Assembly (NCBI RefSeq): GCF_001194135.2
Contig: NC_068991.1
Location: forward strand, 40,574,481 to 40,638,480
Source: Octopus bimaculoides
Taxonomy: Eukaryota
Reading direction: 5' to 3'
Length of the DNA: 64,000 nucleotides
In this document: positions 38,301 through 51,700 of the stretch, piece after piece
How positions within the stretch are numbered: position 1 is the stretch's first letter
Layout: every line of letters begins with the position of its first letter
The notes under the pieces: model-generated
Told to the model about the DNA's origin: nothing
What the model saw: only the letters and a program-made list of their open reading frames with translations
The model's database searches: none
Translations under genes and position numbers: made by a program

Positions 38301-39750
38301 CCTTCTATTGTAGAGATGTCTTACCATGACACTTCATGGTCATCAGACAAAAGTGCCATTCATGCAAACTATGTAAGTCTTTCAGTAATTCTAATTATTT
38401 TTGTTTATTCTTTTTTTGTATACATTCATTGAAAATGTTTCTATAATAAAGATTATTTTTAAATGCACTTTAAAAAATTTTATTGTTAATTGTTATATTA
38501 GGGATATGAATGTTGTGTATGTATGTAGATATATTGACATTCACTAGACTATAAAGATACATTAGAAGACTTCTATAGTCACATGGAAAATATCTTTTCA
38601 ATCTATGCTTAGAATATGAGTTGAGCACTAGTAAACTGCAAAATACTCATCAAGCTTAGCCTCTACTTCTTTTTTTTATTGCTGTTTTTGCAGATTCCCA
38701 TGCTTCTCTGTCACCATCCAAATCCATTATTATGAATTTGAACTAGGAGCTTGAGTCATAGTGAATCTTTCATTAGCTGATTACACAACCATTGTCACTG
38801 CCCCTATGGATCTATTACAGTTAATCTCTTGATAGAGCTTGGTGGTCCTGACCACTGATTTTCAAGGATTCTTGCACACAGCGTCATTGTAAGAAGCACT
38901 GTCAGCTCAGTTGGGCTTTTCCAGTACCTCTTGACAATTCACCATGTTGCAGTCCTATGACTTTGCCAAATCCCTGGCAGGGTGGCTAAATAGGTGTTAC
39001 GCCTTGTTAAAGAGCAGCCCGTAACTATGCAGGGATCAGTCACTACTCTCTGAAGTATTTCAAAATGTCAGCATTAGCCACCTCTACTTACAACCGACAA
39101 TTTTATACATCCCATGACACCAATTAGAAACTAGAGGTAGAAGGCCTTTATGAGTTAAGTACCTTGATCGGGGTTACAGAACAGCATCATTAATGAAATA
39201 GGACTTGTCAACTGATTGACTGAGGCTGTCTAGACTCCAATTGTCTGTTGTATCATGGTTTCAATGGCTAGATGCCCTTTCTAATGCCAACCACTTAAAA
39301 AGTGTGCTGGGTGCTTTCTATGTGCCACCAACATGAGTGTGTTGATGCAGCACTGGCCTGTTTAAGTGGCACTGGCACCTGAAAGGACAAGCCTATATGT
39401 GTGGAAGACAGCAATTTTACTTAGCTTGACACATCTTATCAAGTACAGCAAATCACCACATCTCCCAGTCCCTTGTCATTTCCTGTGACATCCAGTGTCC
39501 GAAGATCCTTTCTCACCACTTCATCCCATGTCTTTCTGGGTCTACCTCTTCCACAGGTACCCTCTACAATTTGAACTAGGCACTTCTTTACGCAGCTGTC
39601 CTCATCTATACTCATGACATGACCAAACCAGCACAGTCTCCCCTTGTGCACATGACATCTGAAGCCTCTTATCCCCAGTTTTCCTCTTAAATCATTTACA
39701 CTTTGTCATGCATGCACATTGACATTGCCCATCTACTGGAGCATACTAGC

Positions 39751-39782
<32 letters not shown>

Positions 39783-42700
39783 NNNNNNNNNNNNNNNNNN
39801 NNNNNNNNNNNNNNNNNNNNNNNNNNNNNNNNNNNNNNNNNNNNNNNNNNNNNNNNNNNNNNNNNNNNNNNNNNNNNNNNNNNNNNNNNNNNNNNNNNNN
39901 NNNNNNNNNNNNNNNNNNNNNNNNNNNNNNNNNNNNNNNNNNNNNNNNNNNNNNNNNNNNNNNNNNNNNNNNNNNNNNNNNNNNNNNNNNNNNNNNNNNN
40001 NNNNNNNNNNNNNNNNNNNNNATATATACAAGAGGAAGTTTAAAATTATCTACACTTTTGCAAAAACTCTAGATTGGATGCACTGCCTTCAGTGCACTCA
40101 TACTAAAAGGTGATATTCTTATGGTTATGTAACCAAGATTTGACCCTGATCACTCCAGTTTTCTTTCTTGTGTTACAGAGAAGACATGGTTGCTTTGCTG
40201 GTAGTGTGAACCAAGGAAGAACAAAGATCAGTGATCTGATTTCTCTGGTCTGAAAGTGTATTAGGGGCTGAAGTTTTTTGCAGGCTTTCAGTACAAGATG
40301 GAGGTAGTGCTCTACCACATGGAAGTGCATATGAGTGGATCAAGAAGTTTTAAAATGGCCTGACAAGCATGAAGAGGGAGCAGGATATTCATCAGCCCCT
40401 ACCATTGACATAAAAATTCAACAAGCTTGAGAGATGGTTCTGGCAAACTGACGAGTAACTATCAATAAGATGGCATGTTCTGTACAAATGAGCCATGGTC
40501 TGCATACAAAATCATCGACTTCCATGAATTCTGTATGAGATAGATGCAAAGAGAACTTACTGAAGGACAATTGTGTGGAAATCTGTCAACACTAATTTAA
40601 CTGCTACAATGAAAGCAAAGCATTTTTTGTAGAGAATAGTCACAGGAAATGAAACTTTGAGCCAGAATCCAAGAGGCAGAGTATGGAATGAAAACACCCA
40701 GAATCAGCAGCAAAAAAGAAATTCAAGACTCAACTTTCTGCAGAAAATGTGATGCTAACCGTCTTTTGGGATGCAAGTGATCGTGAGAAATGGTTAGCTG
40801 CACCTCTGACATGAAACAAATTATATCACATAAAGCCAGTACTGAGGCACATAAACTAAACTATGTAAACAACTGCTTAAGTTGGATGTTGAAGAAGGAA
40901 CCCTGTAATGTGCCCTCTGAATGAATCATATGCCATCATTTCTGGGAGGCAGAGATGAATATACAAATGGGAATCAGAACAACAACCTAAAATGATATAT
41001 CGAATTCCCTAAAAGATCCTTCAAGTGAAGATTTTACCAGCACGCCACCTCATTCAGAAATATTACAAAACAAATATTATAAAGCACACAAGCTACATCA
41101 GGCAGTGTTTGACATCAGCTGCAAACTTACTAAAAATTCCAAACAATGCATATACCACCAAGAAATGCAAGCTCTGCATTGCAGAAAAGAATATAATTCC
41201 AAGGAATATGAAAAAAAAACAAGTTTAAATCTTTATGCCAAGAGGAAGATATTCACCTACAACAGCTTAAACAGAACATTAATAGCATCAAATTCACTGG
41301 TCTCATAGTGCCCACAAAGATCATAGACACTGCCTCTTTCTCTAGACTCAGTAAGGGAAAAAAAGTCAGTCAGATCCACTTTAAAGAGAAACCTCACAAA
41401 AAAAATGTGGTTAGGATTAGGGTTAACTACAGATCTTTCCAGCTCATTCTTCCTAATTTTTAAGACTGAGAAGCTAAAATAAAAAGTTTTATATTTCTGT
41501 TTTTAACTTATGTTTTGGTGGAATATTGGTAACCATATAAAGCACACATACTATTATATTCCAATTTTACTTAGTAGTGCTGTTTTGCCTGTAATCTTTT
41601 TGAAATAAGTACCAGTCAAGTATTGGGATTGATGTAGCCCCCCCTCCCTTAAAATTTCAGGCTTTGTGGTTGAAATAGAAAGGGTTGTTATTAGTCTTAT
41701 CCATCCTTCTCATCTTACTAACCTTCCCTCATAACCCTGCCTAGACTCTTCACCTACTCTCTCTCCTATCCTTCAGTTTTAGGGGTCACTTTAGGCTCTT
41801 AGTCTTGCAAATTACAAGGTAATTTTCACTAGGGTTGGTACCATGAATAAAGTGACACTCTGTAAAATGGTTGACATTAAGAAGGGCATCCAGCTGTTGA
41901 GACCATACCAAAGCAGATATTGGAGCAAGACATTGTCATTTCACTTGTCAAATCCTGTCAAACTATCCAACCCATGTTTACATAGAAGCCAGATGTTAAA
42001 TGAAGATGGTGATGATGATGGTGTTAGTATCTGCAGTAGTGATTATTTTTATTATTTCAAGTCTTTTCTGTTTGGCTGCCACTTTTCAATTTCTTTAATT
42101 TTTGTTCCACTTGATTTCATATTTGGTGTATTGGTGTAGTTTTGTATGGTAATCATTGACATGAAATTTATTTTCACCATAAATCAATAAATAAAGAGTT
42201 AATAGCTTTTAAAGTTTGCAAATTTTGAGTTATTTTAGCCAATCAAAAATCACAGACACATAGGTGCCTGTTTCCATAGTAACAAACCAAGCTGCTTACC
42301 TCTCTGTTGCTGTCCTATCAAGGCACATGGTTATTTTTCACTTTTTAAATGCTTAAAACACAAGTTATGAGGTGGCCATGAGATGTGCTATAAAATAACA
42401 GCTAAATTAGGCCTTAAATCACACACCATAATTTTTGTTTGTTTTTGCATAATTGTATGAATTTCTGTGTGTAGAATACAAATTTGCAAAAATTTTTCTG
42501 AAAATTCCAGAAAATAAAAGGGTTATGAGGGGTTATTTGTCGTGTGTAAAGCAGAATTCCACCAGTATTTCATTTGTTTACAGTTTCATATTAAAACATG
42601 CTATTTTCACAATTTTGGCAACTTGTGCAATCACACACAGAATGACAGCTTCCAAATCCTGTTTTCTGACTGGGTAAAAATGATCTGTAACTTTTTTTTT

Positions 42701-45700
42701 TAATTTTGGGGTAAAAAGTGAATTGGCCCCTGAGATTCAGCATGGAAAATTACATAAAAAAAATAAATTAAAAAATTTTCACTAAACTCTAAAATTTCCA
42801 CAGGTGCAGCCAAACAGAAAAGATCCATTATTTCTCCTCGTATTTACAGCCAGGTCACTGGTGTGTTGTTTAACTGATATAGTGGAATAGACCTGGTGTA
42901 ATAAAAGACAGAATCATTAAAACAAAAGTGAAGTAAATATAATGGTTTATTCTGTTATTGGTTTCAGTTATTAGCCTAGCAATTATGGTAGAAGAACCTC
43001 CTACAAGGGCATCTGTGGGTTATATTGTTCCAGTAATTTTAGTTATTCACCGTACAGTTTCGTTGCTTTATTTTATAAAGGGATGTGACTCAATTCACTG
43101 TTTCACACCTCTGTGTGCAAATAAAGACACACACGCACATGTATATACATATGACAATTTCCACAGTTTCCCATGCCCCACATTTCATACACTAAGAATT
43201 CATCAACCCAAGTCTACAACAGAAGACATTTGTACAAGGGATCTAAGTCAGAACCATTTAGTTGCAAAGCCAACTTCTTAATCATGTGGCAATGCTTATG
43301 CTGTCACTATTAACATATGCACATTTTAAATGTCTACCATGATTTAGTTGTTTCAGTTACAGTATACAATCTTAAATCAAGCAGCTTATTAACCATGTAA
43401 AACTCATATTTTTGAATATCAAAATTTGTAATATATTATTGCATTGCAACACCTATTTGCAGTTCTAAAAAAATTATCTTTTTTTAATTTGAACTAGATT
43501 AATCTAAAAGAACAAGAATTATGGGTAAAAAATGAGGTAACTAAACTGTTCCATTTTAGCTTTTTCTGTTTCTGCTTCTGTCATTTATTTAGCAATCTTA
43601 TTTCTTGTTCATTTTTGTTTGATATCTGTATCACTCATGTTTCATAACATAATAGAATTCTATTTCATTGCATCCCAAAGAATTTGTGGTACATTGCTTA
43701 CTGTAGCAGTAATTATTTAACTGTTTGCTGTAGTATTCATGTTTGCCTGTTTGCTGTAGCAGTCATGTTTGTTTGGAGTAGCATTCATGTTTGTCTGTCT
43801 GCTGTAGTATTCATATTTGTCTGTTTGCTGTAGCATTCATGTTTGCCTGCTTTCTGTAGCATTCATGTTTGCCTGCTTGTTGTAACATTCGTGTTTGTCT
43901 GCTTGCTGTAGCATTCATATTTGTCTGTTTGCTGAGGCAGTCGTGTTCACCTGCTGTAGCATTCATATTTGTCTGCTTACTATAGCATTCATATTTGCCT
44001 GCTTATTGTAGCATTCACATTTGTTTACCTGCTTGCTGTAGCATTCATGTTTGCCTCCTTACCGTAGCATTCATGTTTACCTACTTGCTGTAGTATTCAT
44101 GTTTGTTTGCAGTAGCACTCATTTTTGTTTGCTGTATCATGTTTGCTTGCTTGTTGTAGCATTCATATTTGCCCGTTTGCTGTAGCAGTCATGTTTGTCT
44201 TTGTGCTGCAGTATTCATGTTTGCTTGCGTGTTGTAGCATTCATATTTATCTGCTTGCCGTAGCGTTCATATTTAACTGTTTGTTGTAGCAGTCATGTTC
44301 GCCTGCTGTAGCATTCATGTTTGCCTGCTTGTTGTAGCTTTCATGTTTGCTTGTTGTAAGGTTCATGTTTGTTTGCAGTAGCAGTCATGTTTGTCTGTTT
44401 GCTCTAGCAGTCATGTTTGTTTGTTTACTGTAGTTTTCATGTTTGCCTGCTTGCTATAGCATTTATGTCTGCCTGCTTGTTGTAGCATTCATGTTTGTTG
44501 CCTGCTTGCTGTAGTATTCATGTTTGTTGCCTGCTTGCTGTAGTATTCATGTTTGTCTGTTTGCAGTAGCATTCATTTTTGTTTACTGTATCATGTTTAT
44601 CCTCTTGTAGCATTCATGTTTGCTGTAGCATTTGTGTTCACCTGCTAGCTGTAGCATTCATGTTTGCCTACTTGCTGCAGCATTCACGCTTGTTTGCCTA
44701 CTTGCTGAAGCATTCATGTTTGCCTGCTTGTTGTAGTATTTACGTTTGTCTGTTTGCTGTAACATTCATATTTGCCTGCTTGCTGTAGCATTCATGTTTG
44801 CCTGCTTGCTGTAGCAGCCATGTTTGTCTGTCTGTTGTAGCATTCATGTTTGCCTGCTTTCTGTAATGTTTATGTTTGTTTGCTTCCTTTAGCATTCATG
44901 TTTGCCTCCTTGCTATAGCATTTGTTTGCCTGCTTGAAGAAGCATTCATGTTTGCCTGCTTTAGTATTCTTTGTTTCATTTCTTGAATTCTATACTGTTC
45001 ATATTCTCTTGCATGCTAACAAGTGTACATGTTCCATTGATCGTTGTATTCATGTTATTGAAGTGACATTTTTAGTTGACATTTTTAGTGACATTTTTAG
45101 GCAAAAATATAGCAACTGACTAAGTTACCTTAATCGTTTAGCATTTAAACTGGCCATACCCAGCTTCTCATATCTACCCTACAATGTCATTCCTGTTGTG
45201 ACCAACCTGTCATTTTTTTTTTAAATCATAGTGTCAGCAGTACAACATTATCCTTTCTTTTTGAAGACGATAAGTTATGATTTGAGGAAAATTTGCCTAC
45301 TATTTCTTGCATTTTGAGTGACTATATTGAGACTTCCTTGTTGGCTTTAGTTGAAATGTTAAATGTTGTCAGCAGGTCTGGTTGTGATAAAATTAATGCT
45401 TTGTAACAGTGCTATGATAAAAATGAATTTTTAAAACATTCTAATAATTTGTTAACTAAAGGTACCACAAAATACAACAGTGTGTTTAAACAATGTTTTA
45501 AAAAATATAATCAAACAATAATCAAAATATTTTGATAAAGACTTTAATTTTGAATCAGTACTGAGAGAAAATTTCCAACATCTGTAGAAAAATCATTTTA
45601 GCTACCATATTCACTAACACACAGTTGTTCACTTCTCTCTGTCTCATTTTTTTTCTTTCTCTCTTTCTTTCTTTCATCTTTCCTTCCTTCCTTCTCCCCC

Positions 45701-48700
45701 CCCCCACTCACTCACACTGAGTCTGTCAGTTGACATAATGGTACCTAGGTAGAGTGGATTACAGAAAGTTAAAATATTTCTGTTGCAGTGATAAAATATA
45801 AACCATTGCCATGTTTGTCAGTATGCCAACATACTTGACTCCATTGTCATTTGTGCACACTCAAGAAAATGTTTGTAAAATTACTTATTGTACAACTTTT
45901 ACATGTATTAGGAAATTAAAGAGAAAAATATGCTTCTCAAGAAGTTGGACCATGAACTGGAATATGAACGACATCATTGCTTTGAATTGGAATGTAATTT
46001 CAAAGCATACCAGAAGATTATTTCTTCAAAAGGTAATGTAACACAGCTATTCTTTCTAGATGTTCATTAGTGGCTGGCACTTCGTATCATCATCGTCGTC
46101 ATCATCATCATTTATTACCTTCTTTCACATGCTTGCATTATTGAGGTAGATTTTCTACAGCCTGATGCCCTTCCTGTCACCAATCCTCACTTGTTTCCAA
46201 GCAAAGTAATATTTCCTAGTTGCCGGACATGTTTTTTCATGGAAGACTCAAACAACATCACATGTCATTGAATAATTTATATATTGATTCAATTAGTTAC
46301 TTCTAATATTAATCACTCAAATAGGAAGACGGAGTGAATTCTATTGGGGTTTTTTTATGCAATCAAAACTATGCAGAGTTAGATATCTTGTTTCAGGACA
46401 CATTTTCAAATTCACTATTTAGTATTTTTCCAAAAGTTGGTGGCTTTTACCTAGTTTAATAAAAATATTCAAATGTTTGTGTCTTTATTGATTTTCATGA
46501 TGAGAATTCCAGTTGTTTGATCAGAGGAACTATTTATTAATGGTGTTACATAAAAAGAACTGGTGATGGTACCATGTAAACAGCACTGGTGATGGTGCCA
46601 TGTAAAAAGCCCCCAGTAAACTCTGTGGAGTGGTTGGCATTAGGACGGACATACAGCCGTAGAAACCAAACCAAAGCAGACTATGGAACCTGGTGTGGCC
46701 TCTGACCTTACCAGTTCCTATCAAGCTGTCCAGCCCATGCCAGCATGGAAAAATGAACATTAAATATTGATGATGATCATGATGAAATAAGTGAAAGTAG
46801 CTGAGTGTTCCACAGACACTTGTACCTTTAATATAATCCTCAGACAGTCTAGCAGCATATAACAAAGCTGTGTCTTTGAATTTTTAAGCACATTCATCAT
46901 AGAAACTTCCACAGCATTTCAGTGTATCCATTTTCACTTACCAGGCAGCTATAGTACATGATAATTACCTATGGTGTTGCTCACTGGGATCGAACCTGGT
47001 ATCTCATGATTACAAAATGAATTTCTTAACCATTTAGCCATAACAGCCACTGATCTTTCGCTTGTACATATTCTCTCATTATTTTATGCATATTCTTTCA
47101 TTATTTTGTATATATTTTCTCCTTACTTTGTACATATTCTCTTCCGCACGTGTACATATTTACTCATTATTTTGTATATTCACTTTATTTTTCCTATTTC
47201 TATATCTTTTTTTTTTTCTTCTTTTCTATTTTCTGGATTCTTTAGATGACAAGATCCAAGAACTGAACAACCAAATTCGAGAATTGAAGAAGTTGCAAGA
47301 CCAGATAGATGACTACCACAATCTCAAAGATGAATATGACAAACTAGAGGCTACTGCTACAAAGTATGTGAAATCAGTTCATTTGGCAGTGACTGCTGCT
47401 GTGGCGGTAGTGGCAGCTGCATTTGTTTCGGCTCTTTGCATTCTGAGTTCAAATCTCATTGTGGTTGACTTAGGTGGTTGTCTTTTCGGCACTGTAATAT
47501 TCTTGTCACCACTATTATGTTGTGGCGATATTCCACGTCTTATTATCTTTGACTTATCTGTCATGCTATTGCTGATAGCTCCGCAAGACAATGATTTTGT
47601 TATGTCTACATTGATGGTAACTCAAACTCATATATATCACGTAACTGACACTGACTCCAACTGAGAACTTGTACAATGACTCTACTACTACTCACCTCCT
47701 ACAACAACTGACTATCTGACTTTATAGTGGCTGATCATACCACTTTGTCATGTGAAAAATGTACCATTTTCACTACATCTCCCCCTTTAGTTTCTTTTTT
47801 TCTTTTTGAGAAGCAAGTAATTTTATTTAACTTTATTCTCCCCTCGTCCCTTTTTAGCATTTTTTTTTTCAACTGTAATGTTGTTGGTACCTGGAATGTA
47901 TTATATAGCTATTCCATAGATTCTTCCAATCTGTTTGGTCCATTTTCTATGAATCTCTTCTTCAATTGGTTTCTGAGTTTTTTTCAGTACCTTTTCTGCT
48001 TTTAATTTCATATATCATTTTTCCTATGTACTTTATAATTTTTCCTTCTTCCTGGTATTGTTTTCCATTTTTATACGGCCTCATTTTGGATTGTCTTTCC
48101 TGGTACTTTTTCTTTCCTTGTCAGGTAACAGTTTATCAAAAACTGAATTCACCCTCCTTGTGAACATCAGTTCAGCTGGTGAGCTTCCTGCTGATGTATT
48201 GGGGTTTGGAGTCACCCTGTATACCCCTAGGAATTACTGCAGAGTAACTTCATCTGTGGCTTCCTTATTTGCTTTTCTCAAAGCTCTTTTAAAAGTGTCC
48301 ACAAAATGCTCTGTCTGTCCATTTGATCTGGGATGGTAAGGTGCTATTGTTTTATATTCTACTGTGAACATTTCGTAGAATTTTCTAAATTCACTGGACA
48401 CAAATTGTGTTCCATTGTCAGATACAATCACATCTAGGATGCCAAATTTTGTGAGTAATTCGGGCAAAAAATTTACTACAATTGAAGCAGTTGGTTTTTT
48501 ACACTTTACAATTTCCAGCCATTTTGTAAAACTATCAACTACTACTAAGTAGTAATAACCATTTAACGGACACACAAAATCGATATGTAGTCTTGACTGT
48601 GGACTTTTTACTTCTGGCCAAGGCTCCCATTTTTTAGTAGGCAATTTCGCTGCTAGAGCACATCCTCTGCAGCATTTTACTACGTTTTCAACTTCCTTGC

Positions 48701-51700
48701 CATCTTCGGCCAATACACATAACTGCACATAAGCGCTTTCATCCTTGTGATCCCCAAATGTCCAATATGGAATTCTTTCAACATTCTTTTTTGTAGTGTC
48801 TCAGGTATCATTACCCTTTGACCATACATCAGTATGCCATCACATGTTTGAATATATGTTTACATCTTGTTTTTTTCTTACTGAACCTTTTTTTTTTTTG
48901 TTCTCTTTCACTGACCACAGAGATTTTTTATGTTCATTAATGAACTTTCTTTTGAAGTGTGTCACTTTATCTCCTCCAGAGTTATTGGTAATTCTCATAC
49001 ATTGTTCCACATTATGTGTTTAATTTCCTTTTCAGCTCTTAGGGCTGCTATTACTGTGTCCTCAAATGGTTCACCATTTCTGGGCATTAACCTGGATAGG
49101 CTGTCAGCATATCCTAACTTTTTCAAAGGTAAATATTCCATAGCATAGTTGTGGCTTAGTAGTATGGTGCCCCGTCTCTGCAACCTGTTTGCTATATGTA
49201 CTGGGATTCTTTTCTTGGATCCATAAATCATTAGCAATGGGTGACGGTCTGTTTGTAGTCTAAACTGTCTACCATGTATAAACCTGTGGAACATTTTTAT
49301 GCTAAATATAATCTCCAATGCTTCTTTTTCAATTTGGTTATAATTTTTTTCTGCTGACAATAATGTCCTTGATGCATGAACTACGGCCTTTTGGCTGCTA
49401 TCTTCACATTTGTTACCAACTAGCATCTGTTGCCAGTAGCATTTCCAACTTCAGATCGAAGTGTGTCAGTGACAAGTCTGAAGTTAACATGCTTTTTAGT
49501 TCTTCAACTGCCTTCTGGCATTTTTCTGACCAAAACCATTTGGCATTCTTTTTTAACATTTAGTGAAGCTCTGTGTTGTGTATATTCGGGATGTGTACTT
49601 GATTGTAGCTTACCAAGCCTAAAAACACTTGTAATAATCTGATGTTTGTTGGGGGAAGCATATTCTGTATTACTTTGATGGGTCTGGCCTTCATCTCTTT
49701 TCATCAATTACTTGACCCAAATATTTGATTTTTTTCATCAAAAATTCACACTTTTCCTCTGTTAGTCTAAGCCTGTATTCATTTATTTTTCCAAATACAT
49801 TTTAAATATGTCTGAAGTGTTGCTCCACTAACTCACTCTTTATCAAAATATCATCGAGATAAGCGAAAGTGAAGTCGCAATCATTTAACATTGTGTCCAT
49901 CAGTTGTTGGAATATGGCAGGTACCACTTTTACTCCAAAAGGAAGCCGCTTGAATTTATACAATCCACAGTGTGTTTTGATTGTTAAAAGCTATCGTAAT
50001 CTTCCTCTACCTATATCTGTAGACAGGCCTCCAAGAGGTCTAACTTCAAGAAAATTTTTCCTCCATTTAGGGTTTGGGAACACTTCTGTGCTTGGTAATG
50101 CATAGTTGTGTTCAAGTAAACAGTCATTTAATCCAGGTGAAAAGTCCGCACGCACTCTTAGTTTATTATTTTTTTTCTTTACATAACTATCAGAGTTGCC
50201 CAGTCTGAATGGTCGACCTTTTCAATTATAGCTAGACTTTCTAGTTTTTCTAGCTCTTTATTGACTGGTCCAATGCTACAAACAGCATGTTTCATTTGGG
50301 CCTAAAAACAGGTGTTGCCTTTTCTTTCGCTGTGATCTTTGCTTTTGTTTTAGCACAACAGCCTAAACCTTCCAAAAACACATTTGGAAACAATTTTTTA
50401 ATTTTCTATCTCAGTTCTTTGACTTCATTCATTTTAACTGTGCCAACTACATTTTCACAGAGAACACTAATGGGAGTATCCCACATTTTAAATAACTCCA
50501 TGCGTTCTGTACCAAATAGGTTTAGTGATTTTTTTCAACACAAATGATTGTCCTTTTCATTTCACCTCAAAAAGTTACATTGCAAATACATTCGCCAATG
50601 AAATATAGTTTCTTTCATGTAACACCATATGTTACTTGATTTGATTTAAATAATTTCAGCTTACTGATTTGTCTCCATGTTTCTTCATTTATGATAGTGA
50701 TGTCACATTTATGATAGTGATGTCTAATTGTATTTTGATACTAGTGGTTTCAATTCTCACCTTGATGAATTTTCTGTTCATTGTACAAATTTTTTTCTCT
50801 GATGACTAATTTTTTATTTTCTCTCATTTGGTCCTAGTTCTGCAGTGCGATTTAATGTGTTTTGTGTTTCCACAATGAAAACACTTCACTCTTTTGAACA
50901 GACACTCTTTTCTTAGGTGCCTACCACCACATGCCATATATGGGTTTATCTCCTGATGTATATCATGTTTTTTGTGAAACACTTTATCCATCTTCTGTCT
51001 TTTTCACGCTGGTTTTATCTGTAAACAGTCTCTGCATTGGATTTCTTCTGTGTCATGTCTTACTTTTAATATCATATTGCACTCTTTTGATAGTTTCTGG
51101 TTCATTTCCAGCTTTGCAAAAATTTTTGTTTTGACTTCTGTGTCCTTTTTAGCAGTAAGTTCCTGAGCAAAAATCAGGCACATGAATAAGACTGGAGTTA
51201 GTTTATCCAGTTTAAATCTCTCGCACTCTCTGTTCTCTCTACCTGCATATGTGGTTCCCATTGCAGAGCTTTCAAATTTCCAGAAGCTGCTTTTTTAAAG
51301 GGAAAATTACTATGCTTTCTTTTTTCCTCCCTTAATCTGTAGTTGCATTGCAAAAGTTTTGGACTATGTTTCCTTCCTGTTCTGTTGGATGGCTTCTATA
51401 GATATAACATGGAGTTTGAAATAAACTTAGGGAAGGGACTATCTGTTTTTCTGCATTTGATTTAGATGATAATGATCACTATTTTAAATAAAACAGTATA
51501 TGCCACCACACATCAACATTTTCAACTTGGAGTGGTTGTGACCAGGTTTGCCAAACGTATTTTGAAGAAAGTACCAGATTTAGCAAAAAAAATAAGTACC
51601 AAATTTTGCTCGAAAAGTGCCAAAATTTTTATTTGTAATATTTTGCCTATAAATCAACTGAAATGCATAATTTATATTATTTATAATATACAAGGCTTTA

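Noticed and set aside
42804-42853. Candidate exon GAAKQKRSIISP after ttccacag
   Set aside because: It is the right TIR of the 42062-42823 element, and the donors are poor.
42975-43051. Candidate linker exon PSNYGRRTSYKGICGLYCSSNFSYSP
   Set aside because: It needs a secondary AG 7 nt after a stronger one, and I found no credible phase-0 donor to join exon 8. It is unresolved without RNA data.
43721-44962. CRISPR-like array
   Set aside because: No unique spacers, degenerate head-to-tail units and a eukaryotic context; it is a minisatellite.
45822-45870. Candidate exon MPTYLTPLSFVHTQEN just before exon 8
   Set aside because: It would leave a 41-nt intron with a weak donor and is out of frame for read-through.
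47364-47597. Idea that the Gypsy LTR begins at 47367 and supplies part of the exon 9 donor
   Set aside because: A better LTR terminus (TGTTAT) is at 47598, the intervening DNA contains a SINE-like piece, and no second LTR is available to confirm.
47062-47664. 200-aa ORF as a single-exon membrane protein gene
   Set aside because: Only 47246-47363 is a splice-bounded coiled-coil exon; the flanks are T-rich intron and repeat sequence.
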